From an uncultured Chloroflexia bacterium (GTDB lineage: Bacteria; Chloroflexota; Anaerolineae; Anaerolineales; Anaerolineaceae): a DNA stretch of 64,000 bases. A program made the position numbers and the translations under genes. Each line of letters opens with the position of its first letter. Positions within the stretch are counted from its first letter, which is position 1. The stretch spans positions 569,201-633,200 of the forward strand of contig CAWBQF010000001.1 of assembly GCA_963791025.1 (NCBI GenBank), written 5' to 3'. Below are positions 1 to 9,006 of the stretch, piece by piece. Under the pieces are notes generated by a model. It had not been told where the DNA came from and made no database searches. It saw only the letters and a list, made by a program, of their open reading frames with translations.

Positions 1-1
1 C

Positions 2-481
2 AACGCAAGCGAAATGACCTTTACCCCTAATCAAGAAAGCGAACAGACCGTTCAAGATGGAATTACATACCACGCGCTGAAAGAAGGCCAGGTGAACGCA
101 GGAACGGCCTTCGACTTGAAGATCGCTTATCGCAAACCTGATAACCGATTAACCAGCCAGGACTCGTTCTCACCGGCGCAACCCATTCAGCCAATTGATA
201 ACCGGACGGCGGGTCGGGTATCTCCGATCGAGATGCTACCGTGGATACTGGGCGGCTTTGGGGTGTTGTTAATTGTCATTGGGCTGCTGTGGTATTGGAA
301 AGCCGGGCAGGCACAACAGGCAGAAGCTGTGAAAGCAGGACGCCCCAGACACCCATCACGGCACGGCACCGCATCACCTACCCCTGTTAGCAATGAGGAA
401 GGACCTTACTGTCATCAGTGTGGTAAGCGCGCCGCACCCGGCGACCAGTTCTGCCGGGCTTGCGGCACAAAGCTCCGTTAG
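2..481 (+). CDS. membrane-anchored zinc-ribbon protein; 5' end probably outside the window
   Basis: ORF 14..481 stays open back to base 2. One hydrophobic helix (MLPWILGGFGVLLIVIGLLWYW) and a C-terminal CxxC-x10-CxxC (CHQCGK...CRACGTKL). Confidence 0.55.
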   Translation, partial: NASEMTFTPNQESEQTVQDGITYHALKEGQVNAGTAFDLKIAYRKPDNRLTSQDSFSPAQPIQPIDNRTAGRVSPIEMLPWILGGFGVLLIVIGLLWYWKAGQAQQAEAVKAGRPRHPSRHGTASPTPVSNEEGPYCHQCGKRAAPGDQFCRACGTKLR

Positions 482-506
482 TTTTCCAGCAGTCTATTTT
501 CAGAAT

Positions 507-556
507 ATAAAACCGGGTTCCTGAAACAAGCTTCAGGAACCCGGTTTGTTTTTCAA
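507..556. terminator. bidirectional intrinsic terminator between convergent genes
   Basis: Perfect 15-bp stem aaccgggttcctgaa (511-525) / ttcaggaacccggtt (532-546) with a 6-nt loop. A-run upstream and tgtttttc downstream. Confidence 0.8.
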
Positions 557-567
557 AGATAATCCAC

Positions 568-1725
568 TTACTGTTGAGGTGCGCCCGCTTGAATCCAATC
601 GATCACGCGGTTCAGTTCTTCTGAAGTGAGCTGCCCGGGATGACCACCAGCAGACTGCACCTGCACTAACTGGCTGGCATTGGGATCCCCTGGCTGAACA
701 GCTTGCATCACGCTATCATAACTTTCTACCGAGAAGCCGCCCATCGTACCATGACAGCTGCCACATTTTTGCTGAAGCATATCCTGAATGCCACCTTCCC
801 AGGTAACAGGAACCCCAACAGCTTCAGTCGCCTGAGATTGTGAAGGGGTAGGACTGGGCAAAGGAGTAGGGAAAGGAGTCGGTGTTTGCGGAACAAAGAC
901 CGGCTGGCGCTCGGCAGGGGGCAGCGTGGCAATAGCGGTGGTCTCCAGAGTTATGAACCAAATAATCGAAGCCGTGAGTGCAATCGTTACCACAGCCGCA
1001 ACCGGCGCATAAACCTTCATACGCTGGCGCCTCTCAACAGGTGTAGGCGGCGGAGGGACCAACCCGGCACGGATGCGCTCCAGTTCCATGCCATGCTCTT
1101 CTTCCATCAGATGTTCATCCAGGCGACCGGTGAACATACTCTTATTGAAGTTGCTAATATGAACATGGTAAAAGTGCCACAGCAAGATGGCAAGCACAGC
1201 CAATACCGCTTCACCGCCATGGGCCGTCTTGGCAGCGGGGATAAATTCACCGGGTAAGAACCCGGTGACCGCAATTGGGTTCCAAAGCATAAAGCCAGTG
1301 ATCGACATGACCACCATACCCCAGAGCATCGCCCAATATTCCGCCTTTTCGACATAATTGTAGCGCGGCATTTTGGGGTGCTGGCGGATGAATCCCAGGT
1401 TGAACATTAAGGACTGGAAAGCATCGCGCGCATCTTTGATAGTCGGAAGCATGCTGGCTTCACGGCGCATCACAAACACTTTGTAACCTGCCGCGACGAG
1501 ATGATAAACCGTCATGAGCAAGAAGATGGTGGCAGCGGTGTGGTGGATGATGCGAGTACTTTCAATGCCACCTAAGCCTTTGATGATCACCTGAGAAACC
1601 TGGTTCAAAGGATACTTTTGCGGCAAACCGGTCGTTCCCAGGATGGTGAAAGTCAGCAGCAAGATAATGTGCTCAATGCGCTGGGCCAGCGTAAACCGTA
1701 TGTAGGTGCGTTTCTCCTGACTCAT
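568..1725 (-). CDS. b-type cytochrome membrane subunit (Ni/Fe-hydrogenase / formate-DH gamma-like) fused to a C-terminal monohaem cytochrome c domain
   Basis: 385 aa. N-terminal multi-helix region has conserved His (RIEHIILLL, HHTAATIFLL, WHFYHVH), followed by a further TM helix, a Pro/Thr linker and a CGSCHG haem-c motif. ATG lies 3 nt after the upstream stop, with a GGAGGAGGAG SD. Confidence 0.75.
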   Translation of the reverse strand: MSQEKRTYIRFTLAQRIEHIILLLTFTILGTTGLPQKYPLNQVSQVIIKGLGGIESTRIIHHTAATIFLLMTVYHLVAAGYKVFVMRREASMLPTIKDARDAFQSLMFNLGFIRQHPKMPRYNYVEKAEYWAMLWGMVVMSITGFMLWNPIAVTGFLPGEFIPAAKTAHGGEAVLAVLAILLWHFYHVHISNFNKSMFTGRLDEHLMEEEHGMELERIRAGLVPPPPTPVERRQRMKVYAPVAAVVTIALTASIIWFITLETTAIATLPPAERQPVFVPQTPTPFPTPLPSPTPSQSQATEAVGVPVTWEGGIQDMLQQKCGSCHGTMGGFSVESYDSVMQAVQPGDPNASQLVQVQSAGGHPGQLTSEELNRVIDWIQAGAPQQ

Positions 1726-1728
1726 GGT

Positions 1729-2946
1729 TTACTCCTCCTCCTTCTTTGTTTCTTCGGCGACTGGAGCGGGCCGACGGCGACCCCATATATGCAGGCGACG
1801 ACCCAGGTCAGCGACAACGAATACCGCCATGCCACCTAACACAGCCGGGATAAAGATACGGTAGAACCAATCTACGTAAAACACGATCGGGTAGTGGGTG
1901 GGACTGGGGATGTAGTGGCTCATCCAGGAAGCCGGGAAGTTCTGTGAAGCATTTGGATGGCAGCGTTGACACACCTGAAGCATGTTCTGTTCAATCTGGA
2001 TGCCCCTTTGTGGATCACTTACAGAAGCAATATTGTGAACACCATGGCAGTCATAACAAACAGGCTTGTTCGATTCCACGTTTGGTGAAGTGCGGGCGAA
2101 CAGTTCAACAGTGGTTCCATGAAAATCTGAAACGTAGGTATTGAGAACCTGCGTAGAGAGACCATACTTCTCCATCATCTGAGTATTGGTATGGCAGCCA
2201 GCACATAGTTCAGGCGAGTTTAAGCGAAACTGGGCTGTGTTGGGGTTGGCGATATCATGGACACCGTGACAGTCTGTGCAGGTGGGGGTATCTGGGTTCC
2301 CTTCCTGCAATACCCCTGCCCCATGTACGCTGTTCTTATATTCTTCAAAGATGGCATTGTGGCAGCGAGCACAAGTTTCCGCAACCGCTGCACCTGCCCC
2401 CGGTTTCAATTGACCATTTTCCATTAGCGACGCCTGAGTATGGGGGTTGTGGCAGTCGACACAGGTAGGCGCCTGATCTTGCAGTTCAGGGGGGACATTG
2501 GCATGAACACTATCATGCAGCTGCTCATACTGTTCCTGATGACACTGCTTGCAAGTATCCTGATACATTAAGGTGTAATCACGAAGAGTCTGAACATCGG
2601 GATTTTCAGGATGCGGGAAGGTGCTAATATCTGTATGGCAAGTAACACAACTGAGGTTTGCCATCCCATGAGCTGAAGCGCCGTAGGCCTGTGGATCAAT
2701 CGTTACATACAATTCCTCACCATTCGGCAGCGTGTACGTCATGTTCGGTTGTTGATGGCAGCTTAAACAATAAGCATTGTTTGGCTGATCACCTTGTGGA
2801 AAAAGGGGAGATGATGGCGTGCTCGCTTTGACATTGGTAGGTTTGAAAAGTAAAAAACCTACCATCACCAAAACCAATAAAGCAAAGAACACGCCCAACA
2901 CTTTCAAATATCGTGAAGTAGATGTCATAAGGTGGTACTCCATCAA
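1729..2946 (-). CDS. multihaem (nine CxxCH) cytochrome c with N- and C-terminal membrane helices
   Basis: Nine CxxCH motifs counted (CLSCH, CVTCH, CKQCH, CVDCH, CARCH, CTDCH, CAGCH, CYDCH, CQRCH). Hydrophobic N-terminus and a C-terminal helix. An alternative ATG at 2928 has a GGAG upstream. Confidence 0.85.
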   Translation of the reverse strand: MMEYHLMTSTSRYLKVLGVFFALLVLVMVGFLLFKPTNVKASTPSSPLFPQGDQPNNAYCLSCHQQPNMTYTLPNGEELYVTIDPQAYGASAHGMANLSCVTCHTDISTFPHPENPDVQTLRDYTLMYQDTCKQCHQEQYEQLHDSVHANVPPELQDQAPTCVDCHNPHTQASLMENGQLKPGAGAAVAETCARCHNAIFEEYKNSVHGAGVLQEGNPDTPTCTDCHGVHDIANPNTAQFRLNSPELCAGCHTNTQMMEKYGLSTQVLNTYVSDFHGTTVELFARTSPNVESNKPVCYDCHGVHNIASVSDPQRGIQIEQNMLQVCQRCHPNASQNFPASWMSHYIPSPTHYPIVFYVDWFYRIFIPAVLGGMAVFVVADLGRRLHIWGRRRPAPVAEETKKEEE

Positions 2947-3322
2947 TTAAGTTGGGTTTCTATTGCCTGGTATCCAAACAAATCGCAAGATGAAATCTAC
3001 ACCGTTTCAGACGGGTCAACTTGTGGGTTCCAGGATGCGGTTCGTTTAGAAGATATGCTTTCCTAAGAGTAGGGTTAAGCAAGTATTAATTATACATTAA
3101 AGGTTCCAGCTGCCAAGTGAAAAATGTCACAGTATCGAAACGTTAACCTTTCTGTTTTGGAGAGAACTTCTCTGGAAACCCGAAAGTATTTCCTTTCGGG
3201 CCGAAAGATCATTACAATAGAAGAGAACACGTTCCGCTTAAAACGGCTGCACTGGTTCGAGGTCTTACGAAAACCATGGGGCCGATTGAAGTTACTGTTT
3301 GCGAAATGGGGAAAAGATCGCA

Positions 3323-5065
3323 ATGTCATCCAAAGAACAGAACTATTCAAACTCAGATCTGGCAGCCATCTTCGAACGAATTTCCTCTCTGCTCGAAATC
3401 AAAGGAGAGGTGGTTTACAAGATTCGCGCCTATCAGCGCGCCGCAGAAAGTTTAAGGGTGCTGGCAGAAGAGGCGCAAACACTCCATACAGAAGGACGCT
3501 TAACGGAAGTTCCAGGAATTGGGAAAGCCATCTCAGAAAAGATCGACGAGCTGCTGACCACAGGACACCTGGGTTTTCTGGAGCGGCTGGAGGAAGAAGT
3601 TCCCGCGGGTTTGCTGGAACTTTTGGAGGTTCCAGATGTTGGACCGAAAAAAGCGGCCTTGTTTTGGAAGGAGGCCGGGATTACCAACCTGACCGAACTG
3701 GAACAAGCCGCGCGCGCCGGGCAGTTACGCAAGCTGCCGGGGATGGGCGAAAAGTCGGAAGCGCGCATTGTGGCAGGAATTGAAGCCCTGGCGCGGCGCA
3801 GCGATAGGATGTCGTTGGAGCTGGCATGGACAGCAGCAAATCACTGGCTGGAATGGCTAAGGGATCAATCAGAAGTGCAGCGGGCGGAACCAGCCGGGAG
3901 CTTGCGGCGCTGGCGGGAATCGATAGGCGACCTGGATCTGGTGACGGCATCAGAGGAGCCGGCGGCGCTGATGGAGCGCTTTATTAAGCATCCTGATGTA
4001 GAGCGGGTGCTGGGCCAAGGGGAGAACAAATCCAGCGTAGAGTTGAAAGGGGGCTTACGCATTCAGTTATGGGCGCAACCCCCAGAGCGGTTTGGCAGCC
4101 TGTGGCAGTACGCGACCGGGTCCAAAGCGCACAACGTCCGGCTGCGTGAACTGGCGCTGCGGAAGAAACTCTCGCTCTCCGAACGCGGTCTACAAAATGA
4201 ACAAGAAGAGCTGTTCCAGTATGCTGAGGAGCAGGAAGTCTATGCAGCCCTTGGACTGCCGTGGATTCCTCCTGAACTACGAGAAGACCGCGGTGAAATC
4301 GAAGCAGCACAAAAGCATCGACTTCCAAACTTGATTGAGGTGACAGACCTGCAAGCAGAACTGCACGCCCATTCCACCTGGAGTGATGGGGCAGTTACGA
4401 TTGCAGAGATGGCACAAGCCGCAATCGCTAGAGGTTTAACAGTACTGGCAATTACCGACCACAGCGGCAGTTTGGGGATTGCCAATGGAATGAAAATTGA
4501 AGATGTGCGGGCCCGCGGAGAGGAAGTTCGAGAAGTGCAGGCGCAGGTAGGAAATAAGCTGCGCCTGCTGCAAGGGACTGAGGTTGAAATTATGGCAGAT
4601 GGCAGTCTGGACTATCCGGATGAAGTGCTGGCAGAACTGGATATTGTCATTGCATCACTGCACTCCAGCCTGCGCCAACCCCGCGAGACGATTACAGAGA
4701 GGCTTGTACAAGCAATCCGCAACCCGCACGTGGATATTATTGGTCACCCAAGTGGGCGGCTGCTGCCCAACCGGGAAGGGGCTGACCTGGATTGGGAAGT
4801 GGTACTGGATGAAGCGAGCCAAAGTGGTATCGCATTAGAGATCAACGCCAGCCCATACCGGTTGGATTTGAACGATGTTTATGCAGGCAGGGCAATTGAA
4901 CTGGGGATTCCGCTGGCAATCAATACTGACGCGCATTCACCACAAGATCTTAAACTGGCAAAGTATGGGGTGGCAGTAGCCCGAAGAGCCTGGGCAGAAG
5001 CGGGGAACGTGATCAACACCTGGACGACTGAAAAGCTGCTAGCCTGGCTAAGCAGTCGGGGATAG
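3323..5065 (+). CDS. polX: family X DNA polymerase with C-terminal PHP domain (PolX)
   Basis: HhH/Pol-beta-like N-terminal region (GIGKAISEKI, GDLDLV) and PHP motifs (HAHSTWSDG, NTDAHS). The ORF opens at TTG 3299, but ATG 3323 preceded by GGGGA is more likely. Confidence 0.85.
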   Translation: MSSKEQNYSNSDLAAIFERISSLLEIKGEVVYKIRAYQRAAESLRVLAEEAQTLHTEGRLTEVPGIGKAISEKIDELLTTGHLGFLERLEEEVPAGLLELLEVPDVGPKKAALFWKEAGITNLTELEQAARAGQLRKLPGMGEKSEARIVAGIEALARRSDRMSLELAWTAANHWLEWLRDQSEVQRAEPAGSLRRWRESIGDLDLVTASEEPAALMERFIKHPDVERVLGQGENKSSVELKGGLRIQLWAQPPERFGSLWQYATGSKAHNVRLRELALRKKLSLSERGLQNEQEELFQYAEEQEVYAALGLPWIPPELREDRGEIEAAQKHRLPNLIEVTDLQAELHAHSTWSDGAVTIAEMAQAAIARGLTVLAITDHSGSLGIANGMKIEDVRARGEEVREVQAQVGNKLRLLQGTEVEIMADGSLDYPDEVLAELDIVIASLHSSLRQPRETITERLVQAIRNPHVDIIGHPSGRLLPNREGADLDWEVVLDEASQSGIALEINASPYRLDLNDVYAGRAIELGIPLAINTDAHSPQDLKLAKYGVAVARRAWAEAGNVINTWTTEKLLAWLSSRG

Positions 5066-5200
5066 ACAGGCAAAGCAAACGGCGCTCTAGATGCCATCTT
5101 CGAATTGGATGTAACTTTTTTAGGATTGCTGGATCTAATTAGTAGAAGTAGGGGAACAACCTCAAACTGAAAGATAGTTTTGTTTAAATGGAGGGAAGCC

Positions 5201-5407
5201 ATGAAATTAGCCGCAAACTTGAGTAGCTGGGACCGAATTGTTCGGATTGTGATTGCACTGGCACTGCTAACACTTGGATTGACCGGTGTTATCACGGGTG
5301 CAGTGGCGATTGTCGCGTATGTCATCGCTGCTGTTTTCATCCTTACTTCACTTGTCAGCTTTTGCCCACTGTATGCACTCTTTGGCCTAAGCACCCGGCG
5401 CGCCTAA
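5201..5407 (+). CDS. small DUF2892 (YgaP-like) membrane protein
   Basis: 68 aa with two hydrophobic helices and an SFCPLYALFG motif. GGAGGG SD lies upstream of ATG 5201. Confidence 0.7.
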   Translation: MKLAANLSSWDRIVRIVIALALLTLGLTGVITGAVAIVAYVIAAVFILTSLVSFCPLYALFGLSTRRA

Positions 5408-5428
5408 AGAAGACCGTTTTAGAGAGGG

Positions 5429-5469
5429 TGACAGGCATGAAAGTCTGCTTTCAGCCTGTCATCTTTTTT
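5429..5469 (+). terminator. intrinsic terminator
   Basis: Stem tgacaggc(a)tgaaag / ctttcagcctgtca followed by tctttttt. Confidence 0.7.
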
Positions 5470-6010
5470 GCCTATTGGAGGCGTTTTGGAAACACTGGAT
5501 TTAAAAGAAGCTTTTGAGCAGGAAGGTGCTTCGCCCTTATTGGTGGAATTTTGGGCTCCCTGGTGCGCTCCTTGCCGGATGATGGCGCCTGCCCTGGAAC
5601 AAATGACGCAAGAGTTCGCAGGCCAGGTACGAGTGCAAAAACTGAACGCAGACGAGAATGCGGAGATACTGCGCTCGTTGAATGTGATGGCAATCCCCAC
5701 GCTTATTGGCTTTCGAGATGGAACGGAAGTCGTGCGTCGGACCGGAGCGCAGTCACCCCAGGCACTCCACGCAGTCTTTCAGCACCTGGCCTCCAATGAA
5801 CCTCTGCCAAAAACAGCGAAGTTGGGCATGGATTCAACTACGCGAATGCTGCGCTTAGTAAGCGGGTTGATTGTGGCAATGATGGCAGTCTGGGTGGGAA
5901 ACTGGCTGCTGCTGGCAGCAGGCGGACTAATTCTGTTTTGGGGCGTGCATGATCGCTGCCCCATCTGGCAAGCGTTGGTGCGAATGTTCCAGCAGGAAAA
6001 AAGCAGGTAA
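5468..6010 (+). CDS. thioredoxin fused to a C-terminal DUF2892 membrane domain
   Basis: WAPWCAPC active site and thioredoxin fold, then TM helices with a VHDRCPIWQAL motif. Start is uncertain: TTG 5468, or TTG 5486 after GGAGG. Confidence 0.75.
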   Translation: MPIGGVLETLDLKEAFEQEGASPLLVEFWAPWCAPCRMMAPALEQMTQEFAGQVRVQKLNADENAEILRSLNVMAIPTLIGFRDGTEVVRRTGAQSPQALHAVFQHLASNEPLPKTAKLGMDSTTRMLRLVSGLIVAMMAVWVGNWLLLAAGGLILFWGVHDRCPIWQALVRMFQQEKSR

Positions 6011-6025
6011 TAATCGCGATCATTC

Positions 6026-6068
6026 GCAGTACGCGGCTCCTATCGTGGCAGCCGCGTACTGCTTTTTT
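6026..6068 (+). terminator. intrinsic terminator
   Basis: 13-bp stem gcagtacgcggct / agccgcgtactgc followed by tttttt. Confidence 0.8.
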
Positions 6069-6078
6069 GATCTTGCTA

Positions 6079-8847
6079 CTATCTCGTGATTGCCGGTAAG
6101 AAACAATGTTTAGGGACCAGAGTTATGAGGGTCTGCGCCTGGTTATTCTGTGCGTAAGCATCATTCGGTTTGATAGACCACTGGACTGGATAGGCTCCAT
6201 AATTACCAGGAGAGCGAACCGTGACTTCCACGGAGCCAGATTGAAGGAAGGCTAATGTGCCCAGATTCCAGGTAAGGGTTTTCCCATCAGCCGAAACGGT
6301 AGGCGTTGGGCTGGCGGATACCAAACTCAGGTTTTTGTTTAAGACAGCGGTCAGGGATACTCCAGCAGCAGACTTGTAGCCGTAATTGGCGTAGAAGGCG
6401 TTTAAGACAGCGTTTTCTTTAATGTTTGAATCTATTCGGTCTGGTGCGGTTACGCTAAGATCAACGTCTGACTGCAAGTTCAGGTAAGAAGCATTAGCGT
6501 AGCCATGCTGATTAATATGTAGGATTGGTTCGTCAGGTTCCTGACTCGAATGGAAGATCATCGGCTGGGTCAGGATGCCGCCCTCCTCATCTAGCAGCGC
6601 ATAATATAGCTCATACATATACGGAGAAATGCCTTCAAAACTGGCGTCTTCCAGGTGACAAGACCAGGTGAGCACCACCTGATTGGAAGGCGTAGGAGCT
6701 GCTGAAACGTAACGATTGTCAGCAGTGGCGCAAGCCAGGGCATCTAGATAGACAGGATCAGATGATGGCGTATACTGCCCATTGATGTTGGGTTCAAGCG
6801 TATACACATTGATCATGCCAAACGGGATGGCAACTATAACCCGACCATTGGGCAATTCAACCACGTCTGGCCTCCCACCAGCAGAGCGAGTCAGCAAGGT
6901 GGGCATCTGGCGGTAGTGCCCCTCATTATCAAAAATGGCATAATAGGTCATGTAAGTACGGACATTATTAATATAGGCTCGCCTGCTCCAAACCAACAGA
7001 AATTGGTCGGTTTGTAAGCCAGTGAGCGCCGGGGCAAAGTAGAGATCAGCATCGCTGGGAGCATCACTGGTGACACGCATACTCTGTGAGATTGGCGCGC
7101 CTGTGCTGGAAAAGACCTGAAAGTAGATGTCGTTCACTTCACCGGTGGGATGATTCGCGCGCAAGCGGTAAGCGATTACAAAATGATTATCCGTTGTTGC
7201 CGTAATGCGAACCTCGTCGAAGGCTGGCGAGAGAGGGGTGATGCTTGAGGTTAATTTTTCGGGGCCAAATGATAGGCTGCCATCTACGTTAAGAATTGCG
7301 AAGTAAAGGTTATTGGTAAGCGCGTTTTTATTTGTACCTTCACGCCGCTGCCAGGCGACCCCAATTTTGCCATTTTGCGCAGCAGCCACAGCCACGTTCT
7401 CATCAAAGACAAACTGACCTGCAGATTGATGGTTTGTGAGTGACTGAATGCCCTTGTTTGCGTTCACTTCACCTGACATATTCAGCATCGCATACTTAAT
7501 CTCTCGCACCTCAAAACCGCCGGGAGTGCTGAGTTCATCCCAGACATAAACATAACCCAAGGGGTGACGAGCCAGACTGAGGCTGCCCACGTTTTCACGG
7601 TTTCGAACGAGGGCAGGGCCAGAACGAGTGCGCTCGTAAAGAGAGAAGGCAAGCTGATTGTCGGCATTATCCCAAAAGGTTTGGGCAAAGGGAGCAGGAA
7701 CAGCAGCACTCAACGTGGCAGTTTGGCAAGCAGAATCGCCACTGCTAGCAGAACATACATTCAGGCTAACGCTAACACTATCCCCTACTGAGGCATTGGC
7801 GGGAGGGAATACGGTTATGTTGATTGGTATGCTTTCTCCAGAAGCCAGGCTGCCCGTATGGCTTCCCCCTGTCGTCCCAGGAACATCAATGGTCACATCC
7901 CAATCAGGCTCGGCAGAGGTAAACAGATTGAAGTCATCAGCACCCATGCTGCCAGTATTGATCACGTTTACGGTGAATTGGAGTGGAGGATAGAGATTTG
8001 CAACCTGATCGAACTGAAAGAAATTCCCCTGATAAGCCGGCCAGGCCACTACACGGCGGGCTGGGGTAGGCCGTGTGATGAGAAATACCTTACGCTCTAA
8101 GGGCAAGCTGCCTAAGGAATGGTTAAACAGATAAGCAAACCCATCCCGGCCGCGGCTGTCTTCGATCCCAATGGTCATGTTAGATACATCCCCATTCATG
8201 TACTCATACAAAAGGTAAATGTTGCCGTTGGGGTATAAAACAATCTCAAAGGTATACTCGCCTGAGCCTTCTGTATTCGTTTTCGCTAAGAAAACGCGGT
8301 GCCACTCGACCACAAAGTATCCAGGCTTACTACAGTAATACACGCCTGAACCAGGGCGCATTGCAGGATAAATTCCCAGATCATCCCAAAACGCAGCCAC
8401 CAGGTTATTGGGTTGGGCAATCAACGGCAGAGGGGTGTTTTTAAAACGCGTCTTATAATCTTCAAAACTAAGCAGGCCTTCTGTGTTGAAATAAACTTTG
8501 TTGTAAGTTTTTTCGTAAAATGGGAAATCAAAGCCGATATTGACCGGAGCAGCTAGCTGATCCTCACGACCTTTCAAGGAAGACTTCTGACAGGCAGTCG
8601 CATCCACCCACTTCTCTTTCCAGAGCGAGATATCCAGCCCTGTCTCTTCAACCAGACTGTAGCCAAAAGTATCTTTGGAAGCAGAGAATAGGGAAATACT
8701 ACTCCCTGAAAGTGAAGCGTCGTTGGATTCAGGCTGGATCAGCGGCGTACGCGGCGGCGGACTGACCTGAGCAAATGCGCCACTCACTTGCGATAAGAAC
8801 AGAATAAGAAGAATCAGGAAGATGCGGATTGCAAAGCGGGGTTTCAT
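6079..8847 (-). CDS. large secreted protein of unknown function with a DUF11/CARDB-like C-terminal repeat
   Basis: 922 aa with a signal peptide (MKPRFAIRIFLILLILFLSQVSGAFAQ). I recognised no catalytic motifs. The C-terminal ~100 aa is beta-sandwich-like (DLSVTAP...TWNLGTL...VEVTV). Confidence 0.7.
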   Translation of the reverse strand: MKPRFAIRIFLILLILFLSQVSGAFAQVSPPPRTPLIQPESNDASLSGSSISLFSASKDTFGYSLVEETGLDISLWKEKWVDATACQKSSLKGREDQLAAPVNIGFDFPFYEKTYNKVYFNTEGLLSFEDYKTRFKNTPLPLIAQPNNLVAAFWDDLGIYPAMRPGSGVYYCSKPGYFVVEWHRVFLAKTNTEGSGEYTFEIVLYPNGNIYLLYEYMNGDVSNMTIGIEDSRGRDGFAYLFNHSLGSLPLERKVFLITRPTPARRVVAWPAYQGNFFQFDQVANLYPPLQFTVNVINTGSMGADDFNLFTSAEPDWDVTIDVPGTTGGSHTGSLASGESIPINITVFPPANASVGDSVSVSLNVCSASSGDSACQTATLSAAVPAPFAQTFWDNADNQLAFSLYERTRSGPALVRNRENVGSLSLARHPLGYVYVWDELSTPGGFEVREIKYAMLNMSGEVNANKGIQSLTNHQSAGQFVFDENVAVAAAQNGKIGVAWQRREGTNKNALTNNLYFAILNVDGSLSFGPEKLTSSITPLSPAFDEVRITATTDNHFVIAYRLRANHPTGEVNDIYFQVFSSTGAPISQSMRVTSDAPSDADLYFAPALTGLQTDQFLLVWSRRAYINNVRTYMTYYAIFDNEGHYRQMPTLLTRSAGGRPDVVELPNGRVIVAIPFGMINVYTLEPNINGQYTPSSDPVYLDALACATADNRYVSAAPTPSNQVVLTWSCHLEDASFEGISPYMYELYYALLDEEGGILTQPMIFHSSQEPDEPILHINQHGYANASYLNLQSDVDLSVTAPDRIDSNIKENAVLNAFYANYGYKSAAGVSLTAVLNKNLSLVSASPTPTVSADGKTLTWNLGTLAFLQSGSVEVTVRSPGNYGAYPVQWSIKPNDAYAQNNQAQTLITLVPKHCFLPAITR

Positions 8848-8937
8848 AGGATCTCCAGATGAGGATTATGATTGAGAGCATGGCTGACTCGTCACCATTA
8901 TAGGATGGGCATCTGGCATACTGTCTTTGCAATCTTA

Positions 8938-8976
8938 TAAGAACAAAACATGCAGGCCCGACATGGACCTGCATGT
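8938..8976 (-). terminator. intrinsic terminator for the gene ending at 9007
   Basis: 9-bp stem acatgcagg / cctgcatgt. On the minus strand it is followed by tttgttctt. Confidence 0.6.
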
Positions 8977-9006
8977 AACGTCACTGAGACAGAATCACGA
9001 CAAAAA

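Noticed and set aside
3140-3298. Small hairpins upstream of polX (for example cccgaaag / ctttcggg near 3177-3200) considered as a possible ncRNA or riboswitch.
   Set aside because: The stems are short and isolated, I recognised no conserved riboswitch core, and the evidence is insufficient without covariation data.
3124-3950. ORFs 3124..3783 (+), 3433..3768 (-) and 3681..3950 (-) overlapping the start of polX.
   Set aside because: Arg/Ser/Ala-rich shadow frames of the PolX gene. The PolX frame has clear family motifs.
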